Of a stretch of 64,000 nt of DNA, positions 20,647-29,558 are shown piece by piece. The stretch is taken from the IMG/VR virus record IMGVR_UViG_3300027770_000026, positions 1-64,000 of that record; one strand, 5' to 3'. A program made the translations under genes and the position numbers. The first letter of the stretch is position 1. Each line of letters opens with the position of its first letter. The notes below the pieces were generated by a model. The model saw nothing but the letters and a program-made list of their open reading frames with translations, was not told the origin of the DNA and searched no databases.

Positions 20647-21498
20647 TCATAGGTACTTGTTTAAAATTTCTTCCCAGGATATGTTGGAATCGTCTTCCTC
20701 GCTTACAGGGTTACGCTGGTCTTGTTTGACCGGGTTATCATCCTTACGACGGTCGCCAGAAACTATGGCAGCCACATTAGATTTACCAATACGCTTTAGT
20801 AGGAACAGCAGGTGGGCATCATTATGGTCTTTAAGATATAGCTCACCGTTCACATCAATTAATCCAATTGGGTTTGCATTATTGTAATCAACCAACTTTT
20901 CCTTAAAGTTAGGCTCTCTGAGGAATAAACTGAGTTGATTTCTAATAGGAGTACTATCGGGAATTTTTAATCCCATTTTAATTAATAGGGTACTCAATAT
21001 TTTAGGATCTATTTTCTTATCAAATACAGAAATTTTATCAATTTTTTCTGTAGGGACTTCTGGGGCGTCGGTTCCCATAGAGAAATCAGTCCAGGTACCG
21101 GCGCTCAGATTTGCCAAAGTTTTAACTATACCAGCGTCGTGGTGCAGTTTGCCAGACTGCCCAGAATCTGTGCCTAATTCTTTATGCGAAAATATGCTAT
21201 AGAGTTTTATGGTCTTATCATCACCGCTTTGTACAATACTATAAACCAAATTAACATCACCTGCTAGGTGCATGTGACGTAAATTTTCTCCCTGTACTGC
21301 ACCCCGCAACGGACCACCCGAGCTAAATGCTTTGTCATAACTGCTAACTGAAGGAATTATTCCTGACGGATTCTGATTATAAAAATCTATTTTCTTTTTT
21401 AGAAAATCCAACAATTTTTCATCTAGAAAATCAAAACGTGGGCGTTGATTTTCTAGATATTCGTCAAATCGTGAGGATTGTTTTACGAGTAATGCCAT
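20647..21498 (-). CDS. RelE/YafQ-like mRNA interferase domain protein with C-terminal extension
   Basis: YDKAF...LRHMHLAGDVNLVYSI...IKLYSIFSHKELG. Confidence 0.6.
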   Translation of the reverse strand: MALLVKQSSRFDEYLENQRPRFDFLDEKLLDFLKKKIDFYNQNPSGIIPSVSSYDKAFSSGGPLRGAVQGENLRHMHLAGDVNLVYSIVQSGDDKTIKLYSIFSHKELGTDSGQSGKLHHDAGIVKTLANLSAGTWTDFSMGTDAPEVPTEKIDKISVFDKKIDPKILSTLLIKMGLKIPDSTPIRNQLSLFLREPNFKEKLVDYNNANPIGLIDVNGELYLKDHNDAHLLFLLKRIGKSNVAAIVSGDRRKDDNPVKQDQRNPVSEEDDSNISWEEILNKYL

Positions 21499-21722
21499 TA
21501 GTTTGGGTCAGCCTTCTTCCGTGCTGCAATACGAGCTTCCAACATCTTCACATAATCTTCCGCCAGCACGGGCTTGCTCCACTCTGCGGGGTCGTTCGCC
21601 ATACGAATAACCTGTGCTACATCTTCGCTACAGAAGCCAGTATCGTTGTGCTGTTCCACGTGCTCGAGAAGAGCTTTGTCGGAGAGATTGTTGTAATAGT
21701 TGTTGACTTCTTTCAGCTTCAT
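21498..21722 (-). CDS. Small acidic protein (paralogue of 21747-22004), antitoxin-like
   Basis: NDTGFCSEDVAQVIRMANDPAEW; TAATG overlap with next gene. Confidence 0.7.
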   Translation of the reverse strand: MKLKEVNNYYNNLSDKALLEHVEQHNDTGFCSEDVAQVIRMANDPAEWSKPVLAEDYVKMLEARIAARKKADPN

Positions 21723-21746
21723 ATGATGTTCCTTGTGAGATATTTA

Positions 21747-22004
21747 TTAGTGTTTGGTAAAATTCATCTGTGCAATCTGCTGAGCCATTTCCTCTGCAAT
21801 TTGTTCGCAGCCAGGCATTGCCTGTACGGACTTTAGCAGTTCCTGCAGAAGCTGTTCACCAGTCATGGACTCGCCCCATGCGGCGGGATCGTTTGCTGCC
21901 CGCACAATCCTAACCAAGTCTTCGGTACGGAAACCAGTATCATTATCCTGATCCAGTTCCTCGTACAGTTCCAGATCGGTCATTGCGTTGTAGTCCTTTT
22001 CCAT
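21747..22004 (-). CDS. Small acidic protein (paralogue of 21498-21722), antitoxin-like
   Basis: NDTGFRTEDLVRIVRAANDPAAW. Confidence 0.7.
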   Translation of the reverse strand: MEKDYNAMTDLELYEELDQDNDTGFRTEDLVRIVRAANDPAAWGESMTGEQLLQELLKSVQAMPGCEQIAEEMAQQIAQMNFTKH

Positions 22005-22018
22005 ATGGTATTTACGCC

Positions 22019-22408
22019 TCAGACCAACACAGGACCAAGGAGAAATCCAGGCTTAACACCGCTGAGGTAACCGTAGGGCACACCAAGATGGAACTCGAGG
22101 TAGCTGATGTCGCCAAGGGTTTCGTGCGCGTCGTCCAGGAAGCGGATAGCGTCCGCACGAGTGGCGCCGGCTACAGTATCCAGGATTTTCTGAATACGTG
22201 CTTCGGTGGCAGCGATCGCTGCTTGGTGCGCGGCCTCTTCCTCGCGGTTGGAGTGACCAAGGTCTTCGATCAGCTCGTCCCAAATACGCTGCTTGCCCGC
22301 GTCGTCGGCAGCATGCCACTCGGACCAAAAGTATTCGCGAGGGCGATAGCCGTGGGCGTCCTTGTGCAGGTCGCTGACAATGTGAGCGTCGAAGGTGTAC
22401 TGAGTCAT
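22019..22408 (-). CDS. Hypothetical phage protein
   Basis: ATG 22408 with AAGGAG RBS; SDLHKDAHGYRPR. Confidence 0.7.
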   Translation of the reverse strand: MTQYTFDAHIVSDLHKDAHGYRPREYFWSEWHAADDAGKQRIWDELIEDLGHSNREEEAAHQAAIAATEARIQKILDTVAGATRADAIRFLDDAHETLGDISYLEFHLGVPYGYLSGVKPGFLLGPVLV

Positions 22409-22409
22409 A

Positions 22410-22598
22410 TTACTTGCTCCCTTGGAAGTACTTACCCGTGCCGCCACAACCGTAGCAAACGTAAGGGCAGCCCGTTTCATCGTAGCCGTGGTCACCGCAG
22501 CCGTCGCAGCTGGGGCAAATGTTCTGGTGCTGGTAGTAGAGCTCGACGCTCACAATGCGGAGCTCTTCGGAGTATTCAAGCCACGTTTTGATCTGCAT
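22410..22598 (-). CDS. Small Zn-finger protein (DnaJ-type CxxCxGxG)
   Basis: CPSCDGCG...CYGCGGTG; strong RBS and promoter upstream. Confidence 0.7.
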   Translation of the reverse strand: MQIKTWLEYSEELRIVSVELYYQHQNICPSCDGCGDHGYDETGCPYVCYGCGGTGKYFQGSK

Positions 22599-22600
22599 GC

Positions 22601-22635
22601 TCTGCTCCTTTCCCTAACCCTATGTGCATATTATA
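22601..22635. repeat. 35-bp direct repeat (-10/leader/RBS), copy 1; copy 2 at 25251-25285
   Basis: TCTGCTCCTTTCCCTAACCCTATGTGCATATTATA identical at both sites. Confidence 0.9.
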
Positions 22636-22658
22636 GGGTCAAGTAGAGCTGCTTGCAA
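22630..22658 (-). promoter_or_regulatory. Sigma70-type early promoter
   Basis: TTGCAA-N17-TATAAT. Confidence 0.85.
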
Positions 22659-22687
22659 CCAAAATTTTACCAATTTTTCAGCAGATT

Positions 22688-22745
22688 GCGTAAGTTGTTG
22701 ATTTTATTGGGAATTTAGTTTTCTAGCAAAATCAATGACTTACGC
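22688..22745. repeat. Promoter-associated inverted repeat, copy A
   Basis: GCGTAAGTTGTTGATTTT ... AAAATCAATGACTTACGC. Confidence 0.85.
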
Positions 22746-22957
22746 TACCGCTCCAAAATATCAGGGAGAATTTCCAGGTGAATTACGGACAGCTTTTCGC
22801 TTAGGCTATTTTCCAGCTCGTCCTTTAGGATGTTGACCAAATGGTCAAATTCTACTGGGTCAAATCTTCCACCATTGTTGTGCAGTGCAGCCAATGGTTC
22901 AAGGTCGCCATCGCTGCGCTTGTAGGCAATAACGTAGGAGTTCTTCTTGTACTTCAT
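22745..22957 (-). CDS. Hypothetical protein
   Basis: 70-aa ORF with RBS. Confidence 0.65.
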   Translation of the reverse strand: MKYKKNSYVIAYKRSDGDLEPLAALHNNGGRFDPVEFDHLVNILKDELENSLSEKLSVIHLEILPDILER

Positions 22958-22965
22958 GATATACC

Positions 22966-23151
22966 TTAGTAGTGAACTAGAATAGGTTTAGGTTCGTGAG
23001 AACCGTCTAGTTGTTTGAGATGATCAAAGTATACACAAGCTTGGTCGAGACTGCAAGTGGTTTGGTACAGTTGCCACCAACCAAAAATACCAAACCCGCG
23101 CCGCCACTCCACTGTATACAGTTTGCCATGCTGTACTACTCGAGCTTTCAC
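22966..23151 (-). CDS. Hypothetical protein
   Basis: 61-aa ORF, ATGA coupling. Confidence 0.6.
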   Translation of the reverse strand: MKARVVQHGKLYTVEWRRGFGIFGWWQLYQTTCSLDQACVYFDHLKQLDGSHEPKPILVHY

Positions 23152-23417
23152 GCCTCACCCCTCGCACGGATGTCAGCCGCAATCGCCTCGGCAGCGTTAA
23201 ACCACCCTGCTTCGTATGTGCCCACCATCATGGGTTCCTTAGGGCCACCGTAGGAGTTGGCAATCCGCGCACACGCCTTACGCTCGGCAGCGGCGACAAT
23301 TTGAGCAAAACGCTCTACACCATAGCAATCAAAGCTGAAGGTCTCTCGCCCGCGGCTGTCCTTTTCAACGTCGCCGGCCTCCCGCGCCCAGCGGATGATG
23401 TCTTCACGATTCATCAC
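23148..23417 (-). CDS. Small phage protein, ERFAxxVAAAERxAC family
   Basis: REDIIRWAREAG...ERFAQIVAAAERKAC. Confidence 0.7.
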   Translation of the reverse strand: MMNREDIIRWAREAGDVEKDSRGRETFSFDCYGVERFAQIVAAAERKACARIANSYGGPKEPMMVGTYEAGWFNAAEAIAADIRARGEA

Positions 23418-23611
23418 TCAAATCCAAAATGAGTTTTAAGGTCCTGAGCTAGCAAGTGCCCATGCTCCCAGTTACGGGAGGCATAGTTGGCACATTCTTG
23501 AATAATCAACTCAGCAAACTTTTCAGGATCCAGTTCACCTGCAACATAATCACCGTTGCTGTCAACGGCCAGTGCTCGGTCGTAGAGTTTTGCAATTCGT
23601 TGGTTCATCAC
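23414..23611 (-). CDS. Small phage protein, KFAELIxxEC family
   Basis: EKFAELIIQECA. Confidence 0.7.
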   Translation of the reverse strand: MMNQRIAKLYDRALAVDSNGDYVAGELDPEKFAELIIQECANYASRNWEHGHLLAQDLKTHFGFE

Positions 23612-23835
23612 TCAATTCCAAAGTGTTGTTGAATCTTGCTTGCATAAGTGCTGGCGGGTTCACGATGGTCGACCGCATCTGCTACAACTGTAACACATTC
23701 CCGCACAATCAACTCAGCAAACTTGTCACGATACAACTGATGAAATTCTGAGAGACCGCCAGCATTTACAGTGGCGAGTTGCACTGCCGCAAAGTCTTGT
23801 GCCTGTTCAGAAAGTTTAACAATTCCTTTAATCAT
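23608..23835 (-). CDS. Small phage protein, KFAELIxxEC family
   Basis: DKFAELIVRECV. Confidence 0.7.
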   Translation of the reverse strand: MIKGIVKLSEQAQDFAAVQLATVNAGGLSEFHQLYRDKFAELIVRECVTVVADAVDHREPASTYASKIQQHFGIE

Positions 23836-24026
23836 CGACCTACAACCTCCATGCGCTTCTGTAGTGCTACCATACCCTCGCGATACGTCTCAAGTTGGTC
23901 TCGCGCTTGCATAAGCGCCGTATGCTTATGGGCATCATGGCTAATGCGCTGTTCGATGTCAATAGCCTTGTTCACATTGCGAATGGCTAGATTGAGTGCC
24001 TCAATCAAGTCTTGATATTCGTTCAT
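23832..24026 (-). CDS. Hypothetical coiled-coil protein
   Basis: ATG 24026 overlaps upstream TGA (ATGA). Confidence 0.6.
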   Translation of the reverse strand: MNEYQDLIEALNLAIRNVNKAIDIEQRISHDAHKHTALMQARDQLETYREGMVALQKRMEVVGR

Positions 24027-24238
24027 GGGCGTTCCGTCACACGATAGGCCACCGTGCGTCCATTTGGCGAACTGCGGCGCGGGATCGTTCGTTCGGACTG
24101 CTGAACTGCAGCCAACATCTCCGTGACATAGGCCAGCTTGTTGTTGGCTTCGGTCAGTGAGGCATGGGAACTCAAGGTATCCCAACGCGAGGGACGGGTT
24201 TCAAATTCCAACAGTCGTTCAACAATATAATGACTCAT
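24023..24238 (-). CDS. Hypothetical protein
   Basis: 71-aa ORF, coupled. Confidence 0.6.
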   Translation of the reverse strand: MSHYIVERLLEFETRPSRWDTLSSHASLTEANNKLAYVTEMLAAVQQSERTIPRRSSPNGRTVAYRVTERP

Positions 24239-24438
24239 TGCTGCTCTCCCAAAATTGCCTGTACCTGTTTCTGCTTGAGACCTAGCGTTTGGGCAATGCG
24301 TCGCACCCCGTATGCATGGTCACGATGTAAGTGTAGCACCATTGTGCGGTTGATTGCAACCAGTAATGCGGTCTTGTCCACACCACTGCCGCTGGTCATG
24401 AGATTGTACAACTGCGATTCGGTTAGGGTAGGCATCAC
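24235..24438 (-). CDS. Small HTH DNA-binding protein
   Basis: YGVRRIAQTLGLKQKQVQAIL. Confidence 0.6.
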   Translation of the reverse strand: MMPTLTESQLYNLMTSGSGVDKTALLVAINRTMVLHLHRDHAYGVRRIAQTLGLKQKQVQAILGEQQ

Positions 24439-24668
24439 TGCCCCTTTGCACGGATAAGTTTGGCGGCATATTCAGTCCAGCACTCTGCTCCGTCGCCATA
24501 GGTGTCAATGCTGTCACACACCTTCGCACACGCCTCACGCTCGGCAGCGGCGACGAGGGCGGCAAAGCGTTCAAGTTCTTCATCGGATACACTCCAAGGA
24601 TTCATTAGGTGATTCGGTTCGGTAAACCCAGCCTCTCGTGCCATGCGGATGATGTCATCGCGTTCCAT
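24435..24668 (-). CDS. Small phage protein, ERFAxxVAAAERxAC family
   Basis: RDDIIRMAREAG...ERFAALVAAAEREAC. Confidence 0.7.
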   Translation of the reverse strand: MERDDIIRMAREAGFTEPNHLMNPWSVSDEELERFAALVAAAEREACAKVCDSIDTYGDGAECWTEYAAKLIRAKGQ

Positions 24669-24925
24669 TACTTCACCTCCACAGTCTTAAGAGACTCTTT
24701 ACTGATGCATTCATAGCCACCATATACTTCCATGTAAATACCATTAGCATTTACGCAAGCATCAGCTCTCTTATCCAGTTCTGATATAACAAAAAATTGT
24801 GCAATAAACAGAAAAATAGAAAACAACATAATGCTAATCAAAAAAATATTGAAAATCTTTTCAAGAATCCATTTAAAACTCATTACTGTACGCAGTGCTG
24901 TAGCCACGATCGTACGAGTCATCAC
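24668..24925 (-). CDS. Small membrane protein
   Basis: One TM helix, Cys pair (CVNANG...YEC). Confidence 0.6.
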   Translation of the reverse strand: MMTRTIVATALRTVMSFKWILEKIFNIFLISIMLFSIFLFIAQFFVISELDKRADACVNANGIYMEVYGGYECISKESLKTVEVK

Positions 24926-24951
24926 CGTTATAGCAAGGCATACGTTACTCC

Positions 24952-25248
24952 TCAGACCTGTTCAAAGCCAACAAACTTCACGCGGTACTTGACGCCGTCC
25001 CGTACCATGACGTCACCTACCATGGTCGAGCGCAGGCCGTACTCGCGACCGTTGTGAACGTGCAGCGGAGCCATGACCTGCACCTCAGGATGGAAGTCAC
25101 CGTTCTCAACCAGCTCATTATTCTCGCCAAACACCAGTCGCGTCTTGGACCACGAACCCATGATGTTCTGCGTCATGCAGTAGGCAGTATCGAGCTTGTC
25201 GGTCATGACCTCAGCAACGAGCTGCTCACCGTGATACACCTGGATCAT
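24952..25248 (-). CDS. Hypothetical protein
   Basis: Strong RBS/promoter; LRSTMVGDV. Confidence 0.7.
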   Translation of the reverse strand: MIQVYHGEQLVAEVMTDKLDTAYCMTQNIMGSWSKTRLVFGENNELVENGDFHPEVQVMAPLHVHNGREYGLRSTMVGDVMVRDGVKYRVKFVGFEQV

Positions 25249-25279
25249 GTTCTGCTCCTTTCCCTAACCCTATGTGCAT

Positions 25280-25308
25280 ATTATACGGGTCAAGGGTCCA
25301 AAACGCAA
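25280..25308 (-). promoter_or_regulatory. Sigma70-type early promoter
   Basis: TTGCGT-N17-TATAAT. Confidence 0.8.
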
Positions 25309-25310
25309 GA

Positions 25311-25342
25311 ACTAAATTCCTAATAGAATCAATGACTTACGC
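25311..25342. repeat. Promoter-associated repeat, half-site copy B
   Basis: Minus: GCGTAAGTCATTGATTCTATTAGGAATTTAGT, one mismatch to 57600-57631. Confidence 0.85.
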
Positions 25343-25909
25343 AGCCCGATGTAAACGACTGTTTTTTGGGACTCGTGCAAGCAGGAATTCCATCTGATCT
25401 GCTAGAATTTTACGATTTTTTAGGATCATTTTCTCAAATACACTGGGCGCATAGGGAACGTAGAGCAGGGGCATGCGGGCTTCTTCTGGAGTCTTGCAGC
25501 CCTTAGCACTGTTACAGGGCTTGCATGCGCTCACGGTGTTGCTCCAAAAATGTCGCCCACCCTTGCTACGGGGAATGATATGGTCAATGGTCAGTTCTCG
25601 ATCACCAAATGCGTCACCGCAGTAGGCACAGACGTTACGGTCGCGAGCATAGAGGATTTCACGCACAGTAAATTGATTGTTTACGCGATTTAAGAACTTG
25701 TCCCCAAACAGTGGCCCTGTTACACCTACGATCGAGCTGATGTCAATGGAACTTTGCTCACCGTATGCGTTAATGCCACCGTAGAATGTCTTGATAGTTG
25801 CGCCTACTTCCCACAGCACCTTGTGCTTGGCATAGTAGCAAACAGCGTCTTCGTAACAAACCCAATCTTTGGGCATGCCCGCGCTGTCTGTAATCAATAC
25901 TTGACTCAT
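25337..25909 (-). CDS. HNH endonuclease
   Basis: CAYCG...TIDHIIPRSKGG...CKPCNSAKG. Confidence 0.9.
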   Translation of the reverse strand: MSQVLITDSAGMPKDWVCYEDAVCYYAKHKVLWEVGATIKTFYGGINAYGEQSSIDISSIVGVTGPLFGDKFLNRVNNQFTVREILYARDRNVCAYCGDAFGDRELTIDHIIPRSKGGRHFWSNTVSACKPCNSAKGCKTPEEARMPLLYVPYAPSVFEKMILKNRKILADQMEFLLARVPKNSRLHRAA

Positions 25910-25976
25910 GATTTCCTCCTTTGATCTATTGTATTACTTATTTTGTATGAATACAACAGCTTAGATATATATTTTT

Positions 25977-26654
25977 ATGATTACAGTATTCTACCATTTA
26001 TACATTCCGCCAGGCGATGATTGTTTTACATTTCCCTTGATATTAGACGAACAGTTAGGACTCATCGAGCGTTCGTTATTGGGCAAACATGCCAAGATAA
26101 AAATGTGCATCACCATGCCTAAGAATCAATGGTTGCCATTGATGTGTCGAAATTACGTTCACTTAGTGACCGAATATATCAGCGGTCATTTCCCCAACGT
26201 AGAAATAATTGATATTCGGGATGTTAGCGAACCAAATCTATACGAAGGTCAGACCTTATACGCATTATGGCGATATTCTCATTTATATGAAGGGAATTAT
26301 CTATATCTACACAGTAAAGGTATATCTCACAGGAATATTGCATCTACTCATGATTGGCGTAAATGCATGCAATATTTTCTAGTGGGGAAATGGGAAACAT
26401 GTTTGGCCTATTTAAAATCGCACGATGTAGTTGCTACTAAATCACATTGGTTGGGTAATTTCTGGTGGGCAACGTCGGACCATCTCCGACGTTTACCAGA
26501 CCCGTTGTCTTTAGCGGGAGATTCTACAGACCCAAACGTGCGTTTAGTGTATGAATCCTGGGTCTTACATGCAAATCCAAAAATTCACTACATGCATGAA
26601 ACTAAGGTGAATCATTACCTTGAGTTTTATCCGCCTTCGGCTTACGAAACTTAA
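25977..26654 (+). CDS. Putative glycosyltransferase-like protein
   Basis: YLYLHSKG...WRKCMQY...GNFWWA; function inferred only. Confidence 0.55.
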   Translation: MITVFYHLYIPPGDDCFTFPLILDEQLGLIERSLLGKHAKIKMCITMPKNQWLPLMCRNYVHLVTEYISGHFPNVEIIDIRDVSEPNLYEGQTLYALWRYSHLYEGNYLYLHSKGISHRNIASTHDWRKCMQYFLVGKWETCLAYLKSHDVVATKSHWLGNFWWATSDHLRRLPDPLSLAGDSTDPNVRLVYESWVLHANPKIHYMHETKVNHYLEFYPPSAYET

Positions 26655-26757
26655 CGGCTTTCTTCTTAAAAATCTTATCCCAATTTGCTCGATAAACATT
26701 ACTAGTATGCTTGGTCTGAATTAGGTCGCCGGTAACATCATTTTTAGTGGTCATAAT

Positions 26758-26788
26758 AAAAGGCGCAGAGTTATTAGCCCTGCGCCTT
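26758..26788 (-). terminator. Intrinsic terminator
   Basis: AAGGCGCAG/CTGCGCCTT stem plus U tract. Confidence 0.75.
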
Positions 26789-26795
26789 AGTTTGG

Positions 26796-27446
26796 TTACT
26801 TAACTTCGAAGTCGCCAATTCCGTCTGCAACTACTCCAAAAATCCGTTCGGTAGTAACAACTGCAGTCTTCTTAGCTGCAGTCTTGCGCACAGTCTTGGG
26901 ACTAAATGCTTCTTCCACAATTGGGGTTGCAAGATAAGCAAGTACATTCTCAGGCGTGCTTTCAACGTATGGGTCATCACCAGCATTGTTCTTCTTACCT
27001 GGCTCAACAAATGCAGCTTCAATGATGCCATTGTTGATTACTACTGCATAACGCCAACTGCGAACACCAAAGCCCAAATTGTCCTTAGCAACTAGCATTC
27101 CCATCTTGTCTGTAAACTTATCGGAACCGTCTGGTAGCAACTTGACATTCTTGATCTTGAGATCCTTGCCCCAAGCATTCATAGTGAATGCATCGTTAAC
27201 GCTGAGGCAGTAAACCTCATCCACATGCTTGCGGAATGTCTTGTAATTACGTTCAAAACCAGGTAGCTGCTCATTGCTGCAGGTTGGGGTAAACGCACCG
27301 GGTAGTGCAAACAGTACCACACGACGATCCTTGAATAGATCCCGGGTATTAATATCCTGCCAATCGTACAGCCCGTCCTCGTCCTTCACACGAGTACGCA
27401 GTACAACTGCAGGCGCCTTGGTACCAATCAACTTAGACTTAGCCAT
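26796..27446 (-). CDS. Peroxiredoxin (Prx5/Ahp1 type)
   Basis: LPGAFTPTCS, SVNDAF, RSWRYA. Confidence 0.92.
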   Translation of the reverse strand: MAKSKLIGTKAPAVVLRTRVKDEDGLYDWQDINTRDLFKDRRVVLFALPGAFTPTCSNEQLPGFERNYKTFRKHVDEVYCLSVNDAFTMNAWGKDLKIKNVKLLPDGSDKFTDKMGMLVAKDNLGFGVRSWRYAVVINNGIIEAAFVEPGKKNNAGDDPYVESTPENVLAYLATPIVEEAFSPKTVRKTAAKKTAVVTTERIFGVVADGIGDFEVK

Positions 27447-27527
27447 TTGTTTCTCCTATTCTAGCTAAAATATATAACGCAGATATAAGTTTAACAGAAT
27501 AAATTTAAATGTCTACGACTATTTTGG

Positions 27528-28625
27528 TTAGTCTTCTTTGTCTCCACCCCAATCAAAGTAACGTAGCCAAATGTATTCGCTTCGCTTGTTGTACTTGTTT
27601 AGTGAACGTAATGCGAATCCTGCCTTGCCTAGGAAACCAAATCCAAACAATACACTTTCCATAGTCTTTTCAATATCACCGGAATCGGTTGGCTTGCAAT
27701 AAAAATGGCTGGGCATCCAATCAATTTCATTGGACACAACAATTGGAATACCGCGGCTTACAAAGTCTGCTGCCACAATATTAAAGCTTTCAGTTAAACT
27801 GGCCTGTAGTCCGATATCCATTTCTTCAATTAATTTCAAAAAGTCGTCGTGCTGCAACCAACCATGCTCCACTAGCTGGTAATTGTCCCCGAGATTATTA
27901 AACAATCCGCGTAGGTTCTTTAGTACGTTGTTGCCCTGATTTTCGATACGCGCCACATTAATATGGAAGCGAAGCTTTTTATTATTCTTTTGTGCGTAAC
28001 TGATTGCGGCAATTGCTTGCACCAAGTGATTCTTCATGGGACGAATTGCACCAAAGCAACCTACGTTAATAGTGTCAACAATTGGTTTGCGGGTTACTAC
28101 GTTTTGTTTGATATTGTAGAAATTAGGCAAGTAAATGACTCGCTTGCAAATTGGATGCTTGCGTCCATATGCTGATGCTACAATTTTACAAGTATCGTTA
28201 TACGCCTTTACACTGTTTGGGGCAATATAAACATTTCTGTAGGTGAGATACTTCAGAGTCCAGTCTAGCGCAACTCCGTCGCTTGCAAGGAATGGCATTT
28301 CGCTGTGATTACGAACAATCCATTTCACATGAGGATGCAGTTGTTGTAGTACTGCAAACTTCTCGGGTACTACCCAAAATGCTTCAATGATCACATGGGT
28401 GGGTTTGTATGCTTTAACTTCGCGATCAATTGCGTTGTTGTCTGGTACTTCTACTAGTTTACTTTCTGTACCATTTTGATTCAGCATGTCTACTACAAAG
28501 CTTGCGCTATTACGCAGACCACTTGACACACAGTATTGGAAGTATGGATGATAATCTTGATGTAATGTGGTATTTTCATCAAGAGTCATTTCTCTCTTTT
28601 TGAGAATAAAAAGTAATTTAGACAT
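27528..28625 (-). CDS. GT-B (GT4-like) glycosyltransferase
   Basis: GCFGAIRPMKN...ESFNIVAAD. Confidence 0.75.
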   Translation of the reverse strand: MSKLLFILKKREMTLDENTTLHQDYHPYFQYCVSSGLRNSASFVVDMLNQNGTESKLVEVPDNNAIDREVKAYKPTHVIIEAFWVVPEKFAVLQQLHPHVKWIVRNHSEMPFLASDGVALDWTLKYLTYRNVYIAPNSVKAYNDTCKIVASAYGRKHPICKRVIYLPNFYNIKQNVVTRKPIVDTINVGCFGAIRPMKNHLVQAIAAISYAQKNNKKLRFHINVARIENQGNNVLKNLRGLFNNLGDNYQLVEHGWLQHDDFLKLIEEMDIGLQASLTESFNIVAADFVSRGIPIVVSNEIDWMPSHFYCKPTDSGDIEKTMESVLFGFGFLGKAGFALRSLNKYNKRSEYIWLRYFDWGGDKED

Positions 28626-28686
28626 GGGACACCTCAGAGTAGTAGCAGCAGCGACTACTATTTAGTATAATAATTAAAAGAATGTA

Positions 28687-29073
28687 TTAATTTCTACCTG
28701 GCTGTGGTTCACGATGCCACACACCATAGATGCAGTGTACTAGTTCATGACCAAAGAACTCGGGCTCGTAACTGACCTTAGGATCAACCATGTATATGGT
28801 GCAGGTTAAATCATCTTTACGCAGCACACTGAACGCAGCAACGTTCTTAGGAGTAATAGTTCCTTGTATATTATTGCGTTTTGCAATCTCTGCACTTAGT
28901 GCAGCGGCACTGGGCATTAACACTATCTTCATGGGGAACTCTGTGCGTGTAAATGTTTCCTTTTCAAAGTAGTAACCATCTTTGCCCACCTTACCGGTGT
29001 CGCTGTTAGGTCCGCAAGCAACCAGAGCTAGTGCTGCAAAGAATGTTAATATTAATTGTTTAAAGTTTGCCAT
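28687..29073 (-). CDS. Lipoprotein with HExxH zinc-metalloprotease motif
   Basis: Lipobox ALVA-C after MANFKQL...; FFGHELVHC. Confidence 0.7.
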   Translation of the reverse strand: MANFKQLILTFFAALALVACGPNSDTGKVGKDGYYFEKETFTRTEFPMKIVLMPSAAALSAEIAKRNNIQGTITPKNVAAFSVLRKDDLTCTIYMVDPKVSYEPEFFGHELVHCIYGVWHREPQPGRN

Positions 29074-29081
29074 ACTATTAT

Positions 29082-29552
29082 TTAGTAAACATGTACGGTT
29101 ATCACATGCACAAATACGCATATGATCATGATAAACACAATAGGCAAGTGTCCCACATGCCATGCGGAAAACAATCGTTCAAAGCCCTTGCGGTTACGTA
29201 GGTATCGACCTATTATGCCACTGGCTGCTACTATCAACATACTGAATAGTGCTATGTTACTGTTGGGACTGCCCAAATGATAATTGCTGTGATAGAGAAT
29301 AGTAATGGGTCCAAATATACCCAACAGTTGATGTATGTTAAACCATTCTGCAGTTTTACCAATCTTCCACATCCATTCAAATCTTTTGTGCATGGAATAA
29401 GAAAACATCAGTGCCATCAAGCTAGCACCTGTCCAACCTAGTATATAGCCTAACCCGTTGTGTGGGTCAATGAGCCTGTAGGGAGATATGACCCATCCAA
29501 TAAAGATTGTAGTTACGGCCATAACCGTAACTACAACTATGCTAGTTTTCAT
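29082..29552 (-). CDS. Inner-membrane His-rich protein (cytochrome b/ferric-reductase-like TM domain)
   Basis: About 5 hydrophobic segments; WFNIHQLLG, ILYHS, WHVGH, VHVITVH. Confidence 0.75.
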   Translation of the reverse strand: MKTSIVVVTVMAVTTIFIGWVISPYRLIDPHNGLGYILGWTGASLMALMFSYSMHKRFEWMWKIGKTAEWFNIHQLLGIFGPITILYHSNYHLGSPNSNIALFSMLIVAASGIIGRYLRNRKGFERLFSAWHVGHLPIVFIMIICVFVHVITVHVY

Positions 29553-29558
29553 CCTGCC

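Noticed and set aside
22688-22745. dif/Xer or att site
   Set aside because: Does not match the 11-6-11 dif layout, and no integrase or recombinase is present in the window
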